From sequence record MZ833439.1: a DNA stretch of 38,824 nt; one strand, written 5' to 3'. The stretch comes from Enterobacteria phage AH67C600_Q5. Numbering within the stretch: the first letter of the stretch is position 1; the number at the start of each line of letters is the position of its first letter. This document shows, in pieces, positions 9,085 to 19,218 of the stretch. The translations under genes were made by a program, and so were the position numbers. A model generated the notes under the pieces. It ran no database searches, was not told where the DNA came from, and saw nothing but the letters and a program-made list of their open reading frames with translations.

Positions 9085-9514
9085 AGGTATTCGAAAGGTT
9101 GGAGCGTTTCGCTCTGGCCTAGAGGACAAGGTTTCACAACAGTTGGAATCAAAAGGTATTAAATTTGAGTATGAAGAATGGAAAGTACCTTACGTAATTC
9201 CGGCGAGCAATCATACTTACACACCAGACTTCCTACTGCCCAACGGAATATTCGTTGAGACAAAGGGTCTGTGGGAAAGCGACGATAGAAAGAAGCACCT
9301 ATTAATAAGAGAGCAACACCCTGAGTTAGACGTTAGAATTGTCTTCTCAAGCTCACGTACCAAGTTATACAAAGGCTCTCCAACGTCCTATGGAGAGTTT
9401 TGCGAAAAGCATGGCATTAAGTTTGCTGATAAACTAATACCTGCTGAGTGGCTAAAGGAACCTAAGAAGGAGGTCCCCTTTGATAAATTAAGAAAGAAAG
9501 GAGGAAAGAAATAA
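9065..9514 (+). CDS. 3: Endonuclease I, Holliday-junction resolvase (gene 3)
   Basis: MAGYGAKGIRKVGAFRSGLEDKVSQQLESKGIKFEYEEWKVPY..., near-identical to T7 gp3; start refined to the internal ATG of track ORF 9011..9514. Confidence 0.93.
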   Translation: MAGYGAKGIRKVGAFRSGLEDKVSQQLESKGIKFEYEEWKVPYVIPASNHTYTPDFLLPNGIFVETKGLWESDDRKKHLLIREQHPELDVRIVFSSSRTKLYKGSPTSYGEFCEKHGIKFADKLIPAEWLKEPKKEVPFDKLRKKGGKK

Positions 9515-9969
9515 TGGCTCGTGTACAGTTTAAACCGCGTGAATCTACTGACGCAATCTTTGTCCACTGCTCGGCTACCAAACCAAGCCAGAATGTAGGT
9601 GTCCGTGAGATTCGTCAGTGGCATAAAGAGCAAGGTTGGCTTGATGTCGGGTATCATTTTATCATCAAGCGCGATGGCACTGTAGAGGAAGGTCGAGACG
9701 AGATGGCTGTAGGCTCTCACGTTAAGGGCCACAACCATAACTCCATCGGTGTCTGCCTTGTTGGTGGTATTGATGATAAAGGTAAGTTCGAAGCTAACTT
9801 TACGCCAGCCCAAATGCAATCCCTTCGCTCACTGCTTGTCACACTACTAGCTAAGTATGAAGGCGCTGTGCTGAAAGCCCATCACGATGTCGCACCTAAG
9901 GCTTGCCCTTCGTTCGACCTTAAGCGTTGGTGGGAGACGAACGAACTGGTCACTTCTGACCGTGGCTAA
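9514..9969 (+). CDS. 3.5: N-acetylmuramoyl-L-alanine amidase / T7 lysozyme (gene 3.5)
   Basis: 151-aa ORF MARVQFKPRESTDAIFVHCSATKPSQNVGVREIRQWHKEQGWLDVGYHF..., T7 gp3.5 homolog. Confidence 0.95.
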   Translation: MARVQFKPRESTDAIFVHCSATKPSQNVGVREIRQWHKEQGWLDVGYHFIIKRDGTVEEGRDEMAVGSHVKGHNHNSIGVCLVGGIDDKGKFEANFTPAQMQSLRSLLVTLLAKYEGAVLKAHHDVAPKACPSFDLKRWWETNELVTSDRG

Positions 9970-9993
9970 TTAATTGATTGTTCGCAACATTGA

Positions 9994-11712
<1,719 letters not shown>

Positions 11713-11729
11713 AGGATACGTGACGATAT

Positions 11730-11752
11730 TAATACGACTCACTAAAGGAGAT
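11730..11752 (+). promoter_or_regulatory. T7-RNAP class II promoter phi4.3 (taatacgactcactaaaggagat)
   Basis: 23-mer promoter core 7 bp upstream of the HNH ORF at 11759. Confidence 0.8.
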
Positions 11753-11758
11753 AGCCAC

Positions 11759-12187
11759 ATGAGCACTGACTTAGAGAGACTTGAAAGATTCTTGAAGATT
11801 GATGGCGATTGCTGGCTGTTCACTGGTGGCAGGGCACATGCCTACGGAGTCTTCTGGATGGGCGGTAAGAATCACAAGGCACATAGGGCTGCCTTCGAAC
11901 TTTATAATGGGAGGAAACCTAATGGTGTTATATTACACTCTTGTGATAATCCTTTGTGCTGCAATCCCGCTCATCTATCTGAGGGAACTCAGCTTGATAA
12001 TATGGTGGACATGGTTAGAAAGGGACGCTCGTTAAAGGGTACGAAGAATCCCGCATGTAAGTTTACCGATGAGGATGTCAAGTTCATTCAGGAGTCTACC
12101 ATGAAGGTCAAAGATTTAGCCACTCTATTCGGAGTGACGCGCCAAACAATAACCAAATGGAGGAAACATCATGTTCAAACTGATTAA
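11759..12187 (+). CDS. HNH homing endonuclease between phi4.3 and gene 4.3
   Basis: 142 aa from ATG 11759 (MSTDLERLERFLKIDGDCWLF...HSCDNPLCCNPAHL...); the track ORF 11594..12187 is an artifactual N-terminal extension into gene 4. Confidence 0.85.
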   Translation: MSTDLERLERFLKIDGDCWLFTGGRAHAYGVFWMGGKNHKAHRAAFELYNGRKPNGVILHSCDNPLCCNPAHLSEGTQLDNMVDMVRKGRSLKGTKNPACKFTDEDVKFIQESTMKVKDLATLFGVTRQTITKWRKHHVQTD

Positions 12188-12383
12188 GAAATTAGGACAA
12201 CTGCTGGTTCGTATGTACAACGTGGAAGCCAAGCGTCTGAACGATGAGGCACGTAAAGAGGCCACACAGTCACGCGCTCTGGCTATTCGCTCAAACGAAC
12301 TGGCTGACAGCGCATCAAATAAAGTTACCGAGGCAGCCCGTGTAGCTAATCAAGTTCAACAACTTTCCAAATTCTTTGAGTAA
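12171..12383 (+). CDS. 4.3: gp4.3 small protein
   Basis: 70-aa ORF MFKLIKKLGQLLVRMYNVEAKRLNDEARKE..., T7 gp4.3 homolog. Confidence 0.85.
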   Translation: MFKLIKKLGQLLVRMYNVEAKRLNDEARKEATQSRALAIRSNELADSASNKVTEAARVANQVQQLSKFFE

Positions 12384-12401
12384 TCAAACAGGAGAACTAC
12401 C

Positions 12402-12671
12402 ATGACACAAGTAGCTGAAACTATCCGTCTATCCGATACCGCCGACCAGTGGAACCGACGAGTTCACATCAACGTTCGTAACGGAAAGGCTACTATGGTT
12501 TACCGTTGGAAGGACTCTAAGTCCTCTAAGAATCACACTCAGCGTATGACGTTGACCGATGAGCAAGCACTGCGTCTGGTCAATGCGCTTACCAAAGCTG
12601 CCGTGACAGCAATCCATGAATCTGGTCGCGTCAATGAAGCTATGGCTATCCTCGACAAGATTGATAGCTAA
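12402..12671 (+). CDS. 4.5: gp4.5 small protein
   Basis: 89-aa ORF MTQVAETIRLSDTADQWNRRVHINVRNGKATMVYRWKD..., T7 gp4.5 homolog. Confidence 0.85.
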   Translation: MTQVAETIRLSDTADQWNRRVHINVRNGKATMVYRWKDSKSSKNHTQRMTLTDEQALRLVNALTKAAVTAIHESGRVNEAMAILDKIDS

Positions 12672-12716
12672 GAGTGGTATACTCAAGGTCGCCCTAGTGG
12701 TGGCCTTCATGAATAC
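12672..12716 (+). promoter_or_regulatory. RNase III processing hairpin (R4.7-like)
   Basis: tatactcaaggtcgccctagtggtggccttcatgaat stem-loop signature. Confidence 0.65.
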
Positions 12717-12739
12717 TATTCAACTCACTATAGGAGATA
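12717..12739 (+). promoter_or_regulatory. T7-RNAP class II promoter phi4.7 (attcaactcactataggagatat)
   Basis: Promoter-like core with a deviant -17..-12 region; the last T7-type promoter before phiOR at 37991. Confidence 0.7.
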
Positions 12740-12744
12740 TTATC

Positions 12745-13152
12745 ATGCGTGACCCTAAAGTTATCCAAGCAGAAATCGCTAAGTTGGAAGCTGAACTGGA
12801 GGACGTTAAGTACCATGAGGCCAAGACTCGCTCCGCTGTTCACATCTTGAAGAACTTGGGCTGGACTTGGACACGACAGACTGGCTGGAAGAAACCAGAG
12901 CTTAACAAGTTGAGCCACAAGGTGTTTGATAAGGACACTATGACCCACATCAAGGCTGGTGATTGGGTTAAGGTTGACATGGTAGTTGTTGGTGGATATG
13001 GCTATGTCCGCTCAGTGAGTGGTAAATATGCACAAGTGTCATACATCACAGGTGTTACTCCACGAGGAGCAATCGTTGCAGACAAGACCAACATGATTCA
13101 CACAGGCTTCTTGACGGTTGTCTCGTATGAAGATATTGTTAAGTCACGATAA
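12745..13152 (+). CDS. 4.7: gp4.7 protein
   Basis: 135 aa from ATG 12745 (MRDPKVIQAEIAKLEAELEDVKYHEAK...); T7 gp4.7 homolog. Confidence 0.85.
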   Translation: MRDPKVIQAEIAKLEAELEDVKYHEAKTRSAVHILKNLGWTWTRQTGWKKPELNKLSHKVFDKDTMTHIKAGDWVKVDMVVVGGYGYVRSVSGKYAQVSYITGVTPRGAIVADKTNMIHTGFLTVVSYEDIVKSR

Positions 13153-13170
13153 TCAATAGGAGAAATCAAT

Positions 13171-15129
13171 ATGATCGTTTCTGACATCGAAGCTAACGCC
13201 CTCTTAGAGAGCGTCACTAAGTTCCACTGCGGGGTTATCTACGACTACTCCACCGCTGAGTACGTAAGCTACCGTCCGAGTGACTTCGGTGCGTATCTGG
13301 ATGCGCTGGAAGCCGAGGTTGCACGAGGCGGTCTTATTGTGTTCCACAACGGTCACAAGTATGACGTTCCCGCATTGACCAAACTGGCTAAGTTGCAATT
13401 GAACCGAGAGTTCCACCTTCCTCGTGAGAACTGTATTGACACACTTGTGTTGTCACGCTTGATTCACTCCAACCTGAAAGACACCGATATGGGCCTGCTG
13501 CGTTCCGGTAAGTTGCCCGGTAAACGCTTTGGGTCTCACGCTTTGGAGGCGTGGGGCTATCGCTTAGGTGAGATGAAGGGTGAATACAAGGATGACTTTA
13601 AGCGTATGCTTGAAGAGCAAGGTGAAGAATACGTTGACGGAATGGAGTGGTGGAACTTCAACGAAGAGATGATGGCCTATAACGTTCAGGACGTTGTGGT
13701 CACTAAGGCTCTCCTTGAGAAGCTACTCTCTGATAAACATTACTTCCCTCCTGAGATTGACTTTACGGACGTAGGATACACTACGTTCTGGTCAGAATCC
13801 CTTGAGGCCGTTGATGTTGAACATCGCGCTGCGTGGCTACTCGCTAAGCAAGAGCGCAATGGATTCCCGTTTGACACGAAAGCAATCGAAGAGTTGTACG
13901 TAGAGTTAGCTGCCCGTCGCTCTGAGTTGCTACGTAAATTGACCGAAACGTTCGGCTCGTGGTATCAACCTAAGGGTGGTACAGAAATGTTCTGCCATCC
14001 GAGGACTGGTAAACCACTTCCCAAGTATCCTCGCATTAAGACACCTAAAGTTGGTGGTATCTTTAAGAAGCCTAAGAACAATGCACAGCGAGAAGGCAGA
14101 GAGCCTTGTGAACTGGATACCCGTGAATACGTTGCTGGTGCTCCGTATACTCCAGTAGAGCACGTAGTGTTTAACCCTTCGTCTCGTGACCACATCCAGA
14201 AGAAACTCCAAGAGGCTGGATGGGTCCCAACCAAGTACACCGATAAGGGTGCTCCTGTGGTGGACGATGAGGTACTCGAAGGAGTACGTGTAGACGACCC
14301 TGAGAAGCAAGCTGCTATCGACCTCATTAAAGAGTACCTGATGATTCAGAAGAGAATCGGTCAGTCTGCTGAGGGAGACAAGGCGTGGCTTCGTTACGTT
14401 GCCGAGGACGGTAAGATTCATGGTTCTGTTAACCCTAATGGAGCAGTTACGGGTCGTGCTACCCATGCGTTCCCCAACCTTGCGCAAATTCCGGGTGTAC
14501 GTTCTCCTTATGGTGAGCAGTGCCGCGCTGCTTTTGGCGCTGAACATCACTTAGATGGACTTACAGGTAAGCCTTGGGTTCAGGCTGGTATAGACGCCTC
14601 CGGTCTGGAGTTACGTTGCTTGGCCCACTTCATGGCTCGCTTTGATAACGGTGAGTATGCTCACGAGATTCTTAATGGTGACATTCACACTAAGAATCAG
14701 ATAGCTGCCGAATTGCCTACCCGTGATAACGCCAAGACGTTCATCTATGGGTTCCTTTATGGTGCTGGTGATGAGAAGATTGGGCAGATTGTTGGTGCTG
14801 GTAAAGAGCGCGGTAAGGAACTCAAGAAGAAATTCCTTGAGAACACCCCTGCGATTGCGGCACTCCGAGAGTCTATCCAACAGACACTCGTTGAGTCATC
14901 TCAGTGGGTAGCTGGTGAACAGCAAGTCAAGTGGAAACGCCGCTGGATTAAAGGACTTGATGGGCGCAAAGTCCATGTCCGTAGTCCTCATGCTGCCCTG
15001 AACACCTTGCTGCAATCTGCTGGTGCTCTTATCTGCAAACTGTGGATTATCAAGACCGAAGAGATGCTCTTAGAGAAAGGCTTGAAGCATGGCTGGGATG
15101 GGGACTTTGCGTACATGGCATGGGTGCAT
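13171..15129 (+). CDS. 5: DNA polymerase (gene 5) exon 1, codons 1-653
   Basis: Family A polymerase near-identical to T7 gp5 up to ...[11 protein letters not shown], then leaves the T7 reading frame; the uninterrupted ORF stops 8 codons later at 15153. Confidence 0.95.
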
Positions 15130-15730
15130 AAACTATCTCATTGTGCACATTAAATCTGGTGAACTCGGTGAAACCCTTCTAGGGCAATACCGAGCCAAGC
15201 CATAGGGAGGATATATGAGAGGCAAGAAGTTAATCCTTGCGACCACAGAGAGTGGTTGTATCATCCCTACGTCACACAAACTTAATACTGATGGTTATTT
15301 CCGAAAGAAGACGAACGGTGTCCTAGAGATGTATCACAGGACAGTCTGGAAGGAACACTACGGAGATATACCAGAAGGGTATGAAGTAGACCACAAGTGT
15401 AGGAACAGGGCGTGCTGTAACGTAGAGCACCTCCAGTTATTAGAAGGTTCTGAGCATACAGTCAAGACAAACAGGGAACGATACGCTGACCGTAAAGATT
15501 CCGCGAAGGAATACTGGTTGGAGACTGGATGTACAGGAACACACTTAGGTGAGAAGTTTGGTGTAACGTTCTCTGCCGCTTGTAAGTGGATTAGAGAGTG
15601 GAAGGCGTAGAGACTATCCGAAAGGAGTAGGGCCGAGGGTGAGATTCCCTCGTTACCCGAAGCGCCAGACAGTCAACTCAAAGGCTGATGATATAGTCCG
15701 ACACTCCTAGCAATAGGAGAATACAGAAAG
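15130..15730 (+). mobile_element. Group I self-splicing intron interrupting gene 5, carrying an HNH ORF
   Basis: 601-bp interruption between codons His653 and Asp654; exon 1 ends in U (15129); candidate internal guide gtgcac at 15143-15148 can pair with exon end gugcau including a U-G wobble at the splice site; intron ends in G (15730); exons join in frame to a 704-aa product. Confidence 0.85.
15215..15610 (+). CDS. Intron-encoded HNH homing endonuclease
   Basis: 131-aa ORF with RBS gggagg upstream; motifs EVDHKCRNRACCNVEHL typical of HNH endonucleases; lies entirely inside the intron. Confidence 0.85.
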   Translation: MRGKKLILATTESGCIIPTSHKLNTDGYFRKKTNGVLEMYHRTVWKEHYGDIPEGYEVDHKCRNRACCNVEHLQLLEGSEHTVKTNRERYADRKDSAKEYWLETGCTGTHLGEKFGVTFSAACKWIREWKA

Positions 15731-15886
15731 GATGAGATTCAGGTAGGTTGTCGTACCGAAGAGATTGCTCAGGTGGTCATTGAGACTGCACAAGAGGCGA
15801 TGCGCTGGGTGGGAGACCACTGGAACTTCAGGTGTCTTCTGGATACCGAAGGTAAGATGGGTCCTAACTGGGCCGTATGTCACTAA
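15731..15886 (+). CDS. 5: DNA polymerase (gene 5) exon 2, codons 654-704
   Basis: DEIQVGCRTEEIAQVVIETAQEAMRWVGDHWNFRCLLDTEGKMGPNWAVCH*, matching the T7 gp5 C-terminus. Confidence 0.93.
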   Translation, partial: DEIQVGCRTEEIAQVVIETAQEAMRWVGDHWNFRCLLDTEGKMGPNWAVCH

Positions 15887-15905
15887 TTCTATAGGAGAAA
15901 TTATT

Positions 15906-16205
15906 ATGGCTATGACAAAGAAATTTAAAGTGTCCTTCGACGTTACCGCTAAGATGTCATCTGATGTTCAGGCAATCTTAGAGAAAGACATGCTGCACCT
16001 GTGTAAGCAGGTTGGCTCTGGTGCTATTGCTCCTAACGGTAAACAGAAGGAAATGATTGTACAGTTCCTGACACATGGCATGGAGGGCTTGATGACGTTC
16101 GTGGTACGTACAGCATTCCGTGAGGCAATCAAGGACATGCACGAAGAGTATGCCGATAAGGACTCCTTCAAACTATCTCCTGCGACAGTACGGGAGGTGT
16201 TCTGA
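15906..16205 (+). CDS. 5.5: gp5.5 (H-NS-binding protein in T7)
   Basis: 99 aa from ATG 15906 (MAMTKKFKVSFDVTAKMSSDVQAILEKDMLHLCKQVG...); the track ORF 15765..16205 is an upstream frame artifact. Confidence 0.85.
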   Translation: MAMTKKFKVSFDVTAKMSSDVQAILEKDMLHLCKQVGSGAIAPNGKQKEMIVQFLTHGMEGLMTFVVRTAFREAIKDMHEEYADKDSFKLSPATVREVF

Positions 16206-16414
16206 TGTCTGACTATCTGAAAGTGCTGCAAGCAATCAAAAGTTGCCCTAAGACTTTCCAGTCCAACTATGTACGGAACAATGCGAGCCTCGTAGCGGAG
16301 GCCGCTTCCCGTGGTCACATCTCGTGCCTGACTACGAGTGGGCGCAACGGTGGCGCTTGGGAAATCACTGCTTCTGGTACTCGCTTTCTGAAACGAATGG
16401 GAGGGTGTGTCTGA
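16205..16414 (+). CDS. 5.7: gp5.7 protein
   Basis: 69-aa ORF MSDYLKVLQAIKSCPKTFQSNYVRNNASLVAEAASRGH...; T7 gp5.7 homolog. Confidence 0.85.
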   Translation: MSDYLKVLQAIKSCPKTFQSNYVRNNASLVAEAASRGHISCLTTSGRNGGAWEITASGTRFLKRMGGCV

Positions 16415-16572
16415 TGATTCGTGACACTGTAACAATTCCTCGTGATGCGTGGAACGATATGCAGGGCTACATCGACTCTCTGGAACGTGAGAACGATAGC
16501 CTTAAGAATCAACTGATGGAAGCTGACGAATACGTAGCTGAGCTAGAGGAGAAACTTAATGGCACTTCTTGA
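16414..16572 (+). CDS. 5.9: gp5.9, RecBCD inhibitor
   Basis: 52-aa acidic ORF MIRDTVTIPRDAWNDMQGYIDSLERENDSLKNQLMEADEYVAELEEKLNGTS. Confidence 0.8.
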   Translation: MIRDTVTIPRDAWNDMQGYIDSLERENDSLKNQLMEADEYVAELEEKLNGTS

Positions 16573-17461
16573 CCTAAAACAATTCTACGAGCTGCGCGAA
16601 GGCTGTGACGACAAGGGTATCCTCGTGATGGACGGTGACTGGCTGGTCTTCCAAGCTATGAGTGCTGCTGAGTTTGATGCCTCATGGGAGGAAGAGATTT
16701 GGCACCGCTGCTGTGACCACGCTAAGGCCCGTCAGATTCTTGAGGATTCCATTAAGTCCTACGAGACCCGCAAGAAGGCTTGGGTAGGCGCTCCGATTGT
16801 CCTTGCGTTCACAGATAGTGTCAACTGGCGTAAAGAACTGGTAGACCCTAACTACAAGGCTAACCGTAAGGCCACGAAGAAACCTGTAGGTTACTTTGAG
16901 TTCCTTGATGCTCTATTTGAGCGTGAAGAGTTCTACTGCATTCGTGAGCCGATGCTTGAGGGTGATGACGTTATGGGAGTGATTGCTTCCAATCCGTCTG
17001 CCTTCGGTGCCCGTAAAGCTGTAATCATCTCGTGCGATAAGGACTTTAAGACCATCCCTAATTGCGACTTCCTGTGGTGTACCACTGGTAACATCCTGAC
17101 TCAGACCGAAGAGTCCGCTGACTGGTGGCACCTCTTCCAGACCATCAAAGGTGACATTACCGATGGTTATTCAGGGATTGCCGGATGGGGCGATACCGCC
17201 GAGGACTTCTTGAATAACCCGTTCATAACCGAGCCTAAAACGTCTGTGCTTAAGTCTGGGAAGAATAAAGGCCAAGAGGTTACTAAGTGGGTTAAACGCG
17301 ACCCTGAGCCTCATGAGACGCTCTGGGACTGCATTAAGTCCATCGGAGCGAAGGCTGGCATGACCGAAGAGGATGTTATCAAACAGGGCCAGATGGCTCG
17401 CATCCTACGGTTCAACGAGTACAACTTTATTGACAAGGAGATTTACCTGTGGAGACCGTAG
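16559..17461 (+). CDS. 6: 5'-3' exonuclease (gene 6)
   Basis: 300-aa ORF MALLDLKQFYELREGCDDKGILVMDGDWLVFQAMSAAEFD..., T7 gp6 homolog. Confidence 0.95.
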   Translation: MALLDLKQFYELREGCDDKGILVMDGDWLVFQAMSAAEFDASWEEEIWHRCCDHAKARQILEDSIKSYETRKKAWVGAPIVLAFTDSVNWRKELVDPNYKANRKATKKPVGYFEFLDALFEREEFYCIREPMLEGDDVMGVIASNPSAFGARKAVIISCDKDFKTIPNCDFLWCTTGNILTQTEESADWWHLFQTIKGDITDGYSGIAGWGDTAEDFLNNPFITEPKTSVLKSGKNKGQEVTKWVKRDPEPHETLWDCIKSIGAKAGMTEEDVIKQGQMARILRFNEYNFIDKEIYLWRP

Positions 17462-17562
17462 CGTATATTGGCGTTGGTATTTGTGTTCTCGGAATGTGCC
17501 TCATTGCGTGGGGCCTTTGGGACTTAGCCCGAATAATCAAGTCGTTACACGACATTAAGTGA
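17449..17562 (+). CDS. 6.3: gp6.3 small hydrophobic protein
   Basis: 37-codon ORF from GTG (VETVAYIGVGICVLGMCLIAWGLWDLARIIKSLHDIK); length matches T7 gp6.3. Confidence 0.55.
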   Translation: METVAYIGVGICVLGMCLIAWGLWDLARIIKSLHDIK

Positions 17563-17600
17563 TAAACTCAAGGTCCAGGGGCCTTTATGATTATTACTTT
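17563..17600 (+). promoter_or_regulatory. RNase III processing hairpin (R6.5-like); no promoter present
   Basis: aaactcaaggtccaggggcctttatgattattac stem-loop signature; no T7 promoter core in the loop or nearby. Confidence 0.65.
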
Positions 17601-17629
17601 AAGATTTAACTCTAAGAGGAATCTTTATT

Positions 17630-17884
17630 ATGCTAACACCTATTAACCATTTACTTAAGAACCCTAACGATGTTCCAGACGTGCCTCGTGCGACTGCTGA
17701 GTATCTACAGGTTCGATTCAACTATGCGTACCTCGAAGCGTCTGGTCATATAGGACTTATGCGTGCTAACGGTTGTAGTGAGGCCCACATCTTGGGTTTC
17801 ATTCAGGGCCTACAGTATGCCTCTAACGTCATTGACGAGATTGAGTTGCGCAAGGAACAACTAAGAGAAGATGGGGAGGATTGA
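17630..17884 (+). CDS. 6.5: gp6.5 protein
   Basis: 84-aa [43 protein letters not shown]... Confidence 0.85.
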   Translation: MLTPINHLLKNPNDVPDVPRATAEYLQVRFNYAYLEASGHIGLMRANGCSEAHILGFIQGLQYASNVIDEIELRKEQLREDGED

Positions 17885-17888
17885 CACT

Positions 17889-18155
17889 ATGTGTTTCTCA
17901 CCGAAAATTAAAACTCCGAAGATGGATACCAATCAGGTTCGAGCCGTTGAACCAGCGCCACTGACCCAAGAAGTCTCAGGCGTGGAGTTCGGTGGGTCTT
18001 CTGATGAGACGGATACCGAAGGAACCGAAGTGTCTGGACGCAAAGACCTCAAGGTCGAACGCGACGATTCCGTAGCGAAGTCTAAAGCCGCTGGTACTGG
18101 CTCTGCTCGTATGAAATCTTCAATCCGTAAGTCTGCATTCGGAGGTAAGAAGTAA
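17889..18155 (+). CDS. 6.7: gp6.7 virion protein
   Basis: 88 aa from ATG 17889 (MCFSPKIKTPKMDTNQVRAVEPAPLTQEV...). Confidence 0.85.
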   Translation: MCFSPKIKTPKMDTNQVRAVEPAPLTQEVSGVEFGGSSDETDTEGTEVSGRKDLKVERDDSVAKSKAAGTGSARMKSSIRKSAFGGKK

Positions 18156-18556
18156 TGTCTGAGTTCACACGTGTGGATGCAAAAAGTCGCTTCCGTGCAA
18201 TCCAGTGGACCGTAGAGCACCTTGGGTTGCCTAAGGGATTCGAAGGACACTTTATTGGCTATAGTCTCTACGTTGACGAAGTTATGGACATGTCTGGTTG
18301 TCACGAAGAGTACATTCTGGACTCTACCGGAAAACATGTAGCGTACTTCGCGTGGTGCGTAAGCTGTGACATTCACCATAAAGGTGACATTCTGGATATA
18401 ACGTCCGTTGTCATTAATCCTGAGGCAGACTCTAGGGGCTTACAGCGATTCTTAGCGAAACGCTTTAAGTGCCTTGCAGAACTCCACGATTGCGATTGGG
18501 TGTCCCGCTGCAAACACGAAGGCGAGACAATGCGTGTATACTTTAAGGAGGTATAA
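18155..18556 (+). CDS. 7: gp7 virion/host-range protein
   Basis: 133-aa ORF MSEFTRVDAKSRFRAIQWTVEHLGLPKGFEGHF... Confidence 0.85.
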   Translation: MSEFTRVDAKSRFRAIQWTVEHLGLPKGFEGHFIGYSLYVDEVMDMSGCHEEYILDSTGKHVAYFAWCVSCDIHHKGDILDITSVVINPEADSRGLQRFLAKRFKCLAELHDCDWVSRCKHEGETMRVYFKEV

Positions 18557-18559
18557 GTT

Positions 18560-18826
18560 ATGGGTAAGAAAATTAAGAAGGCCGTTAAGAAAGTCGTTAA
18601 GGAAGTGGCTCGTCCGATTAAACAGGTTGCTGGTGGCATTGCCGGTCTGGCTGGCGGGCAAGTATTGGAAGTTCCACAGGCTGCTGCACAGATTGTTGAC
18701 GCGCCTGAGAAAGAGGTTTCCACTGAGGACGAAGCACAGACCGAAAGCGGACGTAAGAAAGCTCGCGCTGGTGGTAAGAAGTCATTAAGTGTGGCTCGTA
18801 GCTCAGGTGGGGGTATAAATATATGA
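18560..18826 (+). CDS. 7.3: gp7.3 tail-associated protein
   Basis: 88-aa Lys/Ala-rich ORF MGKKIKKAVKKVVKEVARPIKQVAGGIAGLAGG... Confidence 0.85.
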   Translation: MGKKIKKAVKKVVKEVARPIKQVAGGIAGLAGGQVLEVPQAAAQIVDAPEKEVSTEDEAQTESGRKKARAGGKKSLSVARSSGGGINI

Positions 18827-19218
18827 CAGATTGTATCGAGTGGACTGGCTACCTCACAAAAGATGGGTACGGCGAAACTCGACTGAATGGTGTCAAGTTT
18901 AGGGTTCATCGTCTAGAATGGGTGAAACAAAGAGGCCCAATACCTGAAGGTCTAGTTGTTCGCCATAAGTGCGATAACCCTAAATGTTACAATATCGAAC
19001 ACCTTGAGCTAGGAACAACTCAGGATAACACTAGAGATAGGGTCTTGAGGAATAGAAGCGCAAAGGGAGTACGTAATGGTAATTCCAAATTAACACCCGA
19101 TGTCGTTCTGGCAATACGTGCAAGTAGTAAGACCCACAAGCTGATAGCCGAAGAGTTCGGTGTATCCAAATCAGTTGTGACACAGATACGAGCACGTAAG
19201 ACATGGAGGCATATCTAA
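18823..19218 (+). CDS. 7.7: HNH homing endonuclease (T7 gene 7.7 position)
   Basis: 131-aa ORF with HKCDNPKCYNIEHL motif and C-terminal HTH-like region. Confidence 0.85.
   Translation: MTDCIEWTGYLTKDGYGETRLNGVKFRVHRLEWVKQRGPIPEGLVVRHKCDNPKCYNIEHLELGTTQDNTRDRVLRNRSAKGVRNGNSKLTPDVVLAIRASSKTHKLIAEEFGVSKSVVTQIRARKTWRHI

Noticed and set aside
13171-15153. 660-aa ORF as a complete, C-terminally truncated DNA polymerase
   Set aside because: The last 8 codons (KLSHCAH*) are intron sequence; the polymerase is completed by exon 2 at 15731..15886 after splicing.
15765-16205. 146-aa ORF spanning the end of gene 5 and gene 5.5
   Set aside because: The N-terminal 47 codons are an out-of-frame read of DNA polymerase exon 2; the real gene is gp5.5 from ATG 15906.
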